DNA of 63,964 bases, counting the filler, from Octopus bimaculoides (taxonomy: Eukaryota): NCBI RefSeq assembly GCF_001194135.2. It is 4 parts of 3 records of this genome, joined end to end, with 100 filler letters (N's around TTAATTAATTAA, not from the genome) between each part and the next. Parts side by side here need not be neighbours in the genome. Positions count along the whole stretch, not along the records: positions 38,318 to 62,438 come from NC_068984.1; 3 more parts are not named here. One strand, 5' to 3'. Below are positions 39,174-49,314 of this stretch, in pieces (the stretch's first letter is position 1; each line of letters starts with the position of its first letter). The position numbers and the translations under genes were made by a program. Below the pieces are notes generated by a model. That model was not told the origin of the DNA. It did not search any database and was given only the letters and a program-made list of their open reading frames with translations.

Positions 39174-39175
39174 TA

Positions 39176-39350
39176 ATAATCCTTTCTACTATAGGCATAA
39201 GGCCTGAAAGTTTGGGGAGGGATATAGTCGATTAGAGCGACTCCAGTACGCAACTGTTACTTAGCTTATCGATCCCGAAAGGATGAAATGTAAAGGCAAC
39301 CTCGGTGGAATTTGAACTCAGAACTTAGCGACGGGCAAAATACCGCTGGC
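39176..39350 (-). mobile_element. SINE family A copy
   Basis: ATCCTTTCTACTATAGGCATAAGGCCTGAAA..GGAATTTGAACTCAGAAC. Confidence 0.85.
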
Positions 39351-39769
39351 AGTAGGGGGTGCATAAAAGCTGAGGAGGCAATGGGGTAAAAGTAAACTTC
39401 AAAATATGTGGATAATATGCAGCTTAAGCCAATCAAAGACCGCCCCTCCCCCACAGATCCAGTAGTAGTAGTAAATGTTATTGTTCATGTAACCTATTGT
39501 TGTTGAAAAGGAATTTATCCTGTGACATGGTGAGTAACAAGAGCTGGAAGTCATGTCTGTTGAACTATAAATGTGTGTAGATATTTTCGTTTCTTCTTTT
39601 CTTTAGTTCGAATACATAGGCATAGCCAGGATTTCAACCGGAGATAGGTGGGGTTGCCATGATGAAAATGAATCCATCTGTAGCTGTCTAACTTGCGAAA
39701 CACACACATACACACATACATTTAAAAGTGTGGACCTTATTCTATGGGTCTTTTTACAGAACCGCTAAG

Positions 39770-40800
39770 TTACCTGGTGGGACACAAATCTTAGGAAAGC
39801 CCTAGATAAACACTCCGTATCTGTAATACTGTACTGTAGGCATGTAGATGATATCAATATTCTAGTAAAGACAATTCTACGACGTCATGCCGAAAAAGAC
39901 GAGAGAAATACAACGGAGAGTATCCAACACATAGCTAACTCCATCCACCAGAGTATCGATATAGACTACCTCACTAGGCACCCTAACAATAGACTCCCTG
40001 TCTTCGATACCGAAATTTGGTTAGAGACTACAAACAACAACTCTTCCACTCCTATTATACGAAAACCCATAGTTTTCAACTATGTTATTCACAAGAACTC
40101 AGTTTTGTCACACAGTGTAAAGATTTGCATAGTAATTACGAGTTTAGTTAGGATAATGAATAAAGGTTCTCTGTTATACGAACCCTATGAAATAGAGACA
40201 TGCACAGGACTTCATGCACCGCATACAGTTCTCTGACTACAACTAGAATGGATAGGGTTAGAGTGCGCAGGGTCTAGGAAGAAGTTAGATAATATATATA
40301 AGGACACCGGTGGAACTAGATACTGGGGCAAGTAATAGAACAGAATATAGAGAATTTGTGACAAAGCAAACGGAATAAACACGTGGTACGAGATAGGTAA
40401 ATTTCAAGAGGTGACGTTTGTAGAGGCTACGCCGCATGGTGAGCTATCTTGCAGGTTCAGGAAGACTCTGAAGAACACTAAACCCAACATCTAGATCGTA
40501 GAGAAACCAGAGAGATCCATCAGATCACAATTATGTAAGACATATCCCACTCAATAAAGCCACATATACTGGTAGGAACTGCGTTATATGTACCTTTAAC
40601 CCCAGTGTTAACTGTAAGACTAGGAATGTGGTCTACAGCATAAAGTGCGTTGAGGGGGATTGCAAGAACCGGAATACAGCATACTTTGAGGAGACTTCAT
40701 GAAGTTTAGAGAAGAAACTAAATAGACACTGGCGGGAGTATAATGATGGGAGACAATCGTCTATACTCTATCAGCATGTCAACGATCCAACACGACGGTG
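39770..40800 (+). mobile_element. Penelope-like element: RT C-terminal half and GIY-YIG N-terminal part (decayed)
   Basis: CRHVDDI (YVDD-like), RLPVFDTEIW (LPFLD-like), TFVEATPHGEL, CKTRNVVYSIKC..YFEETS (GIY-YIG-like). Confidence 0.75.
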
Positions 40801-42154
40801 TAGCGGGAATATTCAGCAATCGCCCGATATCACGAATCGCTAGAATATTGCCCACGTGATCAACAAAATCTGACCAATCACGACTTCGCGTCGAATAGGC
40901 TCTATGGTGATGTCAGGGTTACCATCTTACAGCGGTAATGTCGATTAAATGACACACTATGATTTAATGAGTATGACAGAAAGAGAGGTCACCATTTTGT
41001 ACGTAACAACAAGAAAATAGAAATTCGCGAGACGTTTGTAGTAAGTCATAACATATTTATTACTGGAGGTAATGTGTTAACATATAAAGTTAATTGAAGG
41101 AAAGCTTATAACTTTACATGAATATATTCTGTATGCAATGACGTGTCTCCAAGTCAGTGAAGCGAACGTACGCGCGAGCTGGTGTATAAATGCAGCGCCT
41201 AACCCAATACATGTCGAAGAATCAACAGGCATTGAATAGCGCGAATTTAGAAATTCCTTCCTTTATATAAGGGATGAATCGGAAGTCCCCGACTTCCATG
41301 TAAACCAGAAACTTCCAGAATGTCCAAGAATTTTCTTGAAGCTCGAGGGAGATTACTCTCGTTAAATCCCTTTTCCGTTTTGCTTCCTAACGTGACTGCC
41401 AAGGTTCACTACAGCTCTAACAATGATTTTTTTTTTTTGTCTTTTGGCGTGCTTCATTCCGAGACTATCGAGCAGTATAAAGTTAGTACGTCGTAAATAC
41501 TAAACAGAGAGCTTTGGCATAGAGCAGAGAAAGCATTGACAGACACTGTAGGAGTTAACCCACCAGAAAGCGGACAGCAGCTGATAGCACAAAGGCAATG
41601 AACAGTCAGAGGACGAACGACATGGGTAAAGCAATTAACTCCAGTTTATCTTATAGGAAAGTGGGTTATACATCATTAGATGTATACCTGACTTTCCTAT
41701 ATAAAATTAAGAATATAACGGAACGCTGAACTCCAGACTATCAACTTAAACAACATTTATTCAGGTGGTAAATATATACATCTTTAGCTCTTGTTTGTTG
41801 TTACAGCTTCTGCGTGTGTGAGCATGGTTGTTGGGACGTTGGTATGTAGATGTAAGCGAGCTGTCGAGCGTAAGTTCGAAAGATGAAGAGAGACAGCTAA
41901 ACACGTCCATGCTCAATCGCTGGCCAGCAAGAAAGAGAGGGAATAGAAGCGGGAACGCTTGGTTGTTGAATTCCACGCATGCGTGAGACTACGCATGCGC
42001 ACGGCGTTACTACAATCTGCTACTACAGCTACAGAGAAAACAAAAACTCTTTCGACGTTTTGTCGTTCGACAACTATTATTTCTTGTGGACGAAAAGAAT
42101 AAATCGTTGTTTATCAAAATCTCAACAGATTCCAGTGTTTCTTTCCGTACAACA
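40801..42154 (+). mobile_element. ~1-kb solo-LTR-like insertion, contains nested family X copy 2
   Basis: Flanked by a GGTG/GGTG 4-bp duplication (40797-40800, 42155-42158); CCAAT ~40864, TATAAA ~41474, AATAAA ~42097, ends TACAACA. Confidence 0.7.
41652..42014 (-). mobile_element. LTR-like element family X, copy 2
   Basis: Reverse complement of copy 1; ATCT duplication on both sides (41648-41651, 42015-42018). Confidence 0.9.
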
Positions 42155-42300
42155 GGTGACCCCAGCGGCATGCTGAACCGAATTAGCATCGACATCTTGT
42201 CTAAACACCCGAGAGATCGGTCTTTTCGATTGATATACGAATCTGTTCTCATAAATGAGACTCTACCAATACTGTATAGAGAATATACTGCGGAGGTAGT
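42155..42300 (+). mobile_element. Penelope-like GIY-YIG C-terminal part
   Basis: GDPSGMLNRISIDILSKHPRDRSFRLIYESVLINETLP; joins seamlessly to QHDG at 40800 once the insertion is removed. Confidence 0.65.
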
Positions 42301-42363
42301 AGAACAACAACGCCACTGTTACAATCAACGCAATACATCTACAACGATGCATCTGTGTTGGTG

Positions 42364-42860
42364 AATAGGTGGGCAGGAAATCTATACGAATAGACTCATG
42401 TAAATATGTACAACTCCTCCAATACACAACCATACATATCCACACGCCCACGTGCACGCACATAGGTATAGGTAGGCACAGGTAAGGTAGGACTAGAATG
42501 ACAGCAGGTTACAAGGAAGTCCATACACAAAAATGCGTGTAATCTGGAACAATTCCAATATACAACCATATGCATCCACGCGCACGCGCGGACGGGTACG
42601 TACACACACACGCAAGTGTAAACACACACACACTTACAGAGGAGCACAATACCATAACCACACGCATACATACATATGTACAAATAGACACACAGACAGG
42701 CGCATGCGCACACACGCGTACACATGAACACACATGCAAACATATACACACGCTTTCCTATTTAATAAACCGTCGCATAGCACGCACACGCAGGTACGCA
42801 CATACCCATATTGGAATGCGCTCATATAAGCAAATACTCACACATTCACACAAATATAGT
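42364..42860. repeat. CA-rich degenerate minisatellite
   Basis: CCAATACACAACCATACATATCCACACGC at ~42419 recurs as CCAATATACAACCATATGCATCCACGCGC at ~42555. Confidence 0.7.
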
Positions 42861-42883
42861 TTATTATTTTATTGGCCCTAGGG

Positions 42884-43075
42884 CGACAAGCCGACAGAAT
42901 CATTGGCGCGCTGAACGAAAATGCTTAGCGATATTTCACCCGTCGCTACGTTCTGAGTTCAAATTCCGCCGAGGTCGACTTTGCCGTTCATCCTTTCGAG
43001 GTCGATAAAATGAGTACCAGTTGACATCTCTCCCTTCCCCAAGCAGCCCTTGTAGCAAAAAATTGAAACTACAAA
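42884..43075 (+). mobile_element. SINE family A copy
   Basis: GACAGAATCATTGGCGCG..GAGTTCAAATTCCGCCGAGGTCGAC..GAGGTCGATAAAATGAGTACCAG. Confidence 0.85.
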
Positions 43076-45073
43076 TAAATAAATGTCACAAAGAAGTGAA
43101 TAACCGATTAAGAGTATTTTGTCAGCTCAAAAACCAGATCTTCCAAGCAAGATGCTCAGCTCTTGATAAAATGTACAGAGGTGCTCTAGTTGTGTCACTT
43201 TCGTTTTTTTTTTATAATCAATGTGTCGAAAACTGTTTACTAACGCGTTCGTTTTTGAGACAAGTTGTGATGTGAGAGATACTTTGTTGCTGTTTCTAGC
43301 TGATCAAGCGACCACATGAAACTTTTGATCGTTGGTTTAACGGTGTCTGAAATATTGGCCCAAAGTCAGCCAACTGATTGATGGTCAACTCCGCGAAGTA
43401 TTTAATATAAACTTTAATAAATTCTTCTAAGCAATCTTGGTAGTATAAGGTTGCTTAAGAAAATTGAGTAAACTTGCAAACAATTCTGTGACTTGTTAAC
43501 TCTACTCAAACCAACTTCTGTGGCTAACATCGACTAAAATATTTAAATTTACATTGCTGTCATAGCTTAATTCGAGCTTAGCCATGTCTTTTGTGAAGGT
43601 ACACAGAATAGCAGAACATCATAAGCTGCGCTAAACATTTCTTTAAAAATTACGTTCTATTGTAGAAAGTTGTTAATAAACTGTCAAAATACTTTTCAAA
43701 ACCCACCGTTGCTGATATACACAAAATACTTTTCAAAACCCACGTTAACTGACATACGCATTTTGAGTAATTACAAGCAAAGTTATAAGCCGATGTTTGT
43801 ATAAGTAATTTTATGATTTTTTAAAAGGTAGTTTAGCAGATTCGAAACCAAATCGCTGGATAGCCGTGCAGACATCACTGTGAGATTGTTGTCGTTTTAT
43901 GTGATCAATCGGCTGATTAACCGACTAATTAGTGTCAAGCCATCACGTGATTCTACTTCCAAGATTCTACTTTCTAATGAGTCCTATAAAAAGATGGGGG
44001 TTCAGTGGTAACTTCAGAATGTAAGGCAGCTACGCCAGAAAGTCAAGGTAGTCTCTCTAACGTCTTCATTCTTATTTCATTCATTAGCTGTGCAGACAGA
44101 GGTTACAGATTTTGCCGCCATGAATTTAGCGCGATTATTTTCCCAGTTGTGATGGGCTACTCACAAATTGATACGTACCAACTATTTCGTCATAGATCCC
44201 AGTAGTAGACAGTTACACCCCCAGTGTGTAACTGTCGCTTTTATTTTTCATCTGAAGACCAACACCTTGTTGGCTACCAGCACCCATCTATCTGGAAACT
44301 TATAAGAACGATTCTGATTGTAGTTGATCTTACAACCTGTTTTGTATACATGCATCCTTGGAAGCAAATCTTTTTTCCTTTATTACTCGCTATGACTTCC
44401 ATGATGGGGTTGTGGTAGAGCCATTAGATAAATGGCAACCCGAGTTACTGATTTCGTATTTATTTTGTTAAGGAGTCATTGGAACAGCTTGATGTACGTT
44501 CCAAAGTTCATCAAGCTGTCCCAATATACGTTCCAAAGTTCTGGAGGAAATCTTGCTTATTGTGCCATTTTTACCTGTGCTACTTTTACCTAAATTCAGA
44601 TATATACATATGTATACATGTATGTGTATAAATGTATGTGTATAAATACAAATGTTACGTGTGTTTTAGCGCGAAGTACAATGTTTGAATAGTATGATAG
44701 GAGATTTATCATGAAAGCTTTCCTGGAATGAGTTTCCGTTTTATTTTCACAGGTGTTATTTTGCACACGGAATCTTTGTATTATATTCTTTGAAACTTCA
44801 GTTTGAATAAATGTAATGAATGTAGTAATCCTATTGTGTGATGTCGCATATACATGCGTACAAACACACGCAAGATTAAACACACACCCAAATGATTTAT
44901 ACATTGCATTTGTGTACATAGTTGTATAATTGGGCACATATGTGTTTGTAGCTGCGGGTATATTTGCATGTATGTACTTAGTTATCAGAATAACAATTAC
45001 AGTTCATAATCCTGGTTACACTGTGTGTATGTGTATGCGTGTGTTTGTGTATTATCATCATCACCATCATCAT

Positions 45074-45109
<36 letters not shown>

Positions 45110-45113
<4 letters not shown>

Positions 45114-46130
45114 CAAGGGATTGGTTTTACGCCTCACCACGCATTGCAAGAAATGGACCCTAAAGCCCCTATTACCACCTTAAAATCTCCGGGAATAACA
45201 CAGTATATTGTAGGTGAGCATTAAAAAAGGAAATTACTAAAAGTTATAAAATAACTAAAACAGAAATTGTATTAAGAACTACCAACTTAATATCCAGAAA
45301 GATAATGGAGAATTACAAATCGGGTGACAGAACCGAACCTTTCGTTCCTAAAGGACCTAGATTTATTTAAAGGACCACAAAGACAATTTTTATGGAAACC
45401 CTAAAGTAAGATCGATTTACCCAGGGAAATTTGACTTGAGTAGACTAAGTAAGGATATTTTAGATACGTATACACCGGTTCTTAAAAAAAATTTGGCTTA
45501 GTACCAACGAAGTAATAAATTGGTATAATGGCATTAAATACAAAAGTAGAAATAAATTTGTACATATTGATACTGATAGTTATTACTCTTCTATTAACCA
45601 AGTAGTTTTAAACAAGGCCTTTTGTTTGCGAGATCTCGAATCTAAATATGGAAGAAATTAACGTCATTTTAACTGCCAGAAGAACGATTATAAAGTTTGA
45701 AAACCAGCATTGGATTAAGAAAGATAGTTGTGACGGCTTTGATATTGCTATGGACTCCGCCGATTCTTCCCAAGTAACAGATATAGTAGATGTTTATATT
45801 TTATTTATAGGAATGATGCCGTTTTTACCATTAGAAACTTATCTAGTAGAAAATTAGAACTGTACAACAAGAAATTTTATAGATTTTTAAAATGTTTTGG
45901 ACTCTCCAATTGAGAATGAACATGAGTCAGTTAACTTCCTAGATGTGAACTTAAACCTCATTACTGGCAACTATGAACCACTCCACAAGCCTAACTCCAA
46001 TCTTAAATATATAAATATTGGAAGTAATCATATAATTACTAGAGATTGTAATTGGGTGACTTATAATAAATTTCTTAAGTGCTTAAATACTTTACTGGAC
46101 GTTTTGATCTATCATAAGTTATAATATAAA
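45110..46130 (+). mobile_element. second Penelope-like RT fragment (decayed)
   Basis: YSSINQVVLNKA, WIKKDSCDGFDIAMDSADSSQVTDIVDVYI (FDVTMGSxDGAEVxELVG-type), RNDAVF (RDD-like), VNFLDVNLNL..HKPNSNLKYINIGSNH. Confidence 0.8.
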
Positions 46131-46801
46131 TCAAGAATAATGTTTTTGCTTTCTAGTATAGTAATCGTATCGAAATATCGTTTAAGCTCACTAACGGCTA
46201 CTTTTGTTTTTCAACACATTACATACTCACAAATGCATTAAATAAATTTGCATATACATATACATAAGTAACGGCTTTTTAAATACATTGGATGCAAAAA
46301 CGCACATATCTGGATTTACCAACACATTGGAATGTAGCTTCTTTCTATCAAATTCTTCTCCTAACGAACTGTCCAATTAGCTATATTCGATAGGAAACTT
46401 TAATTTAATTTAAATTCTCAAATTGAATTAATTGGGTATGGAAACAATTGTAGGTGCTAAGAGTTTGTTTTTGCTTCTAATAAACTGATATCTATATCTC
46501 AATTTCTCCGTCTTCTTTTTTCCAGATCGGTTTTATTACCAAATATGATGAACATTATTTTTAGAATATCATTGGCAATACCATATAACATTGGAAGTAG
46601 AAACAGCTGTTAGATGGGATGCAGTCTATTTGTATTGAATTAAAAAATAATAATTGATGTCAGCCATTTGTTGTTGATCAATATTTCTCCATTTTCTGTT
46701 TACTTTATATATATATACATATATATATTTGACATATGGACATATTGAACATATAATAATATACGATTATAGAAAAAAGAACAAATGCTATACTCATAGA
46801 T

Positions 46802-46949
46802 TTACAGAAATTTATTTGTGTGTGTGTGGTCATAATCTTCGTCCTTTTCTTTGTTATCGATTGGAGCCAACTCGTGACTGTCTGTGAGCTGCTGTTCTTG
46901 AACAACCTCTAGGTTCAACAATGTTTGTTGATCGCTGACCTTTGTGTAT
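46802..46949 (-). CDS. candidate terminal coding exon (possibly the last exon of the CCDC33-like gene)
   Basis: Acceptor TATTTGACTTCATTGCAG; phase-2 frame YTKVSDQQTLLNLEVVQEQQLTDSHELAPIDNKEKDEDYDHTHTNKFL* ending at TAA 46802-46804. Confidence 0.5.
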
Positions 46950-47177
46950 CTGCAATGAAGTCAAATATTTACTTGTTAAAACAATTGGATTTCAATGAAT
47001 AACTGTTCATAATTAAACAGCGTAACTCTTTCTGTTCCTCACATCGTCCCTGTCCGTTTATCTGTCTCTCTGTTTGTCTGTCCCTCTCTTCCTCCTCCCA
47101 CACATATATTTGTGTGTGTATATATATGTGTGCGTGTATGTAGGTATGTATATATGTGTGTGTGTGTGTGTGTGTGC

Positions 47178-47690
47178 ATACAAGGTACCTTCCAGAAATT
47201 TTGAAACTTTTTCAGGAGAGACATTTATTAATTTCAAAGAAATGCAAAACTCCAATCTCCTTCAGAATATGACCCCCTGACTTCAATGCACTAGTTGTAA
47301 CACCCCAGCCACTTCATGATAACCCCATGGTAGTCCTCCAAAATGAAGTTGTCAAAGCCTCCTTCATTTTTTTCCTTGAGCTTGGGGAACAATAAAAAAC
47401 CACAGAGAGCTAGGTCTGGACTGTAGGAAGGGTGAAAGACAGTTTTGATGCTCATCTCTGCCAAGGAGTTGGTTACCAGAATGGAATTGTGCACTGGTGC
47501 AGATGCTCTGGCCTTTTGAGACGAAATCTCTTCCTGAACTCTCTCAAAACCTCTGCAAAGTGCTTTTTGTCGACAATCTGGCCAGAGAGAACACAGTAGA
47601 TGTAGATGATGTCCTAACGATCGAAAAGGGATAATCATGAGATTCCCAGTGGACTTGCTTTACCTGGCCTCTTGTGCCTGCGAAAAACAG
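47178..47690 (-). mobile_element. mariner transposon 3' fragment
   Basis: KTVFHPSYSPDLALCGFLLFPKLKEK; terminal TACAAGGTACCTTCCAGAAATTTTGAAAC at 47178. Confidence 0.8.
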
Positions 47691-47703
47691 ATGTTCGGAT
47701 CAT

Positions 47704-48080
47704 ACACTCCGTCATTTACGACGTCGAGGGTTCCAGTTGATCCAATCAACGGAACAGCCTGCTCGTGAAATTAACGTGCGAGTGGCTGAGCACTCCACAG
47801 ACACGTGTACCCTTAACGTAGTTGTCGGGGATATTCAGCGTGACACAGTGTGACAAGGCTGACCCTTTGAAATACAGGTACAACAGAAACAGAAAGAAAG
47901 AGTGAGAGAAAGTTGTGGTGGAAGAATACAGCAGGGTTCGCCACCATCCCCTGCCGGAGCCTCGTGGAGCTTTAGGTGTTTTCGCTCAATAAACACCCAC
48001 AACGCCCGGTCTGGGAATCGAAACCGCGATCCAATGACCGCGAGTCCGCTGCCCTAACCACTGGGCCATTGCGCCTCCAC
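47704..48080 (-). mobile_element. SINE family C, full-length young copy
   Basis: tRNA-like head at 48080-48010; highly similar to 20383-20702. Confidence 0.92.
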
Positions 48081-48159
48081 TCGGATCATACAAATTAATC
48101 TATAAACAGTCTGAAGCATTTCACAAGTTTCTGTAACGTTTTTGTCTAGTTTAGCTTAC

Positions 48160-48254
48160 AGCTTTATTGCATAGTAAGCTTCCAAATTGTCTTCATGTCC
48201 TGTGCTATTACATCCATCTCCTTCAGTTTGGAATAACAAAATTTGGCAGATCAG
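48160..48254 (-). CDS. candidate internal exon linking the CCDC33-like exon at 54804 to the terminal exon
   Basis: Phase 0 in, phase 2 out; LICQILLFQTEGDGCNSTGHEDNLEAYYAIK; donor CT|GTAAGC; weak acceptor TAATAAG. Confidence 0.3.
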
Positions 48255-48584
48255 CTTATTACATATGCAGTAATAATATATTAAAATTACAACAACTTAA
48301 GACAGTTATAACTGCTTCTCCTAAAAAGAGTATCAAAACTTTTGGAATGTATCTTGTATTTATGTATGTATGTGTATGAGAGCGCGCGTGCTCTCCTTTC
48401 GGCGTTGCACTTGATTGGCAAGTGATTTGATCTGAGACCATTGAAGTCGTGCGTTGAAATAGAATCAATAACATTTGTAGAAAGAGTAATCTAAAAACGC
48501 ACAAAAATTGTTTTATTCGCTTTGCATATATTTCGGGGACATCCCGTGAAATAAATTAAAAGTAAACATAGCAACTTTTGTGCT

Positions 48585-49016
48585 TGTAGTAACGCCGTGC
48601 GCATGCGTAGTCTCACGCATGCGTGGAATTAAACAAGCAAGCTTTCCCGCTTAATTCTATCTCTTTCTCGGTCGGCCGGCCATGAGCATGGACGTGTCAA
48701 GCAGTGTCTCCAACATTCCAACCTGGAGACAGTCTCTTTCTTGCTGGCCAGCAATAGAGCATGGACGTGTTTAGCTATCTCTCTTCATCTTTCGGACTTA
48801 CACTCGACAGCTCGCTTACATCTACATACCCACGTCCCAACAACTATGCTCACACACATAGAAGCCTGTAACAACAAGAGCTTAAGATGTATATATTTAC
48901 CACCTGAATAAATGTTGTTTAAGTTGATAGTCTGGAGTTCAGCGTTCCGTTGTATTCTTAATTTTATATAGGAAAGTCAGGTATACATCTAATGATGTAT
49001 AACCAACTTTCCTATA
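48585..49016 (+). mobile_element. LTR-like element family X, copy 3 (internal ~70-bp duplication)
   Basis: TGCT duplication (48581-48584, 49017-49020); TGTAG...CTATA termini; hairpin 48967-49016. Confidence 0.9.
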
Positions 49017-49083
49017 TGCTTTTAGTTGTTTAAAATGGCTCTTCCACGATGTAATTTCTTCATATTGTTGATTTTAATCACAG

Positions 49084-49314
49084 TATAGGAAAGTTGGTTA
49101 TACATCATTAAATGTATACCTGACTTTCCTATATAAAATTAAGAATATAAACGGAACGCTGAACTCCAGACTATCAACTTAAACAACATTTATTCAGGTG
49201 GTAAATATATACATCTTTAGCTCTTGTTGTTACAGCTTCTGTGTGTGTGAGCATAGTTGTTGGGACGTTGTTATGTAGATGTAAGCGAGCCGTCGAGCGT
49301 AAGTCCGAAAGATG
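49084..49314 (-). mobile_element. LTR-like element family X, copy 4 (5'-truncated)
   Basis: Reverse complement of the 3' 230 bp of copy 3. Confidence 0.88.

Noticed and set aside
38817-42014. Family X copies 1 and 2 as the long TIRs of one 3.2-kb transposon carrying a Penelope RT
   Set aside because: Copy 2 has its own 4-bp TSD and lies inside another insertion; the outer flanks share no TSD, so the insertions are independent
43686-43760. ~37-bp tandem repeat CAAAATACTTTTCAAAACCCAC, and other short duplications
   Set aside because: Only two units with no spacer pattern; not CRISPR-like, ordinary slippage
46526-46650. Strong plus-strand acceptor TTCTTTTTTCCAG
   Set aside because: All frames stop within 30 codons and no matching donor was found
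48005-48080. tRNA-like sequence (also 20630-20702)
   Set aside because: Head of SINE family C; it continues into a SINE body and has no proper acceptor stem or Pol III terminator
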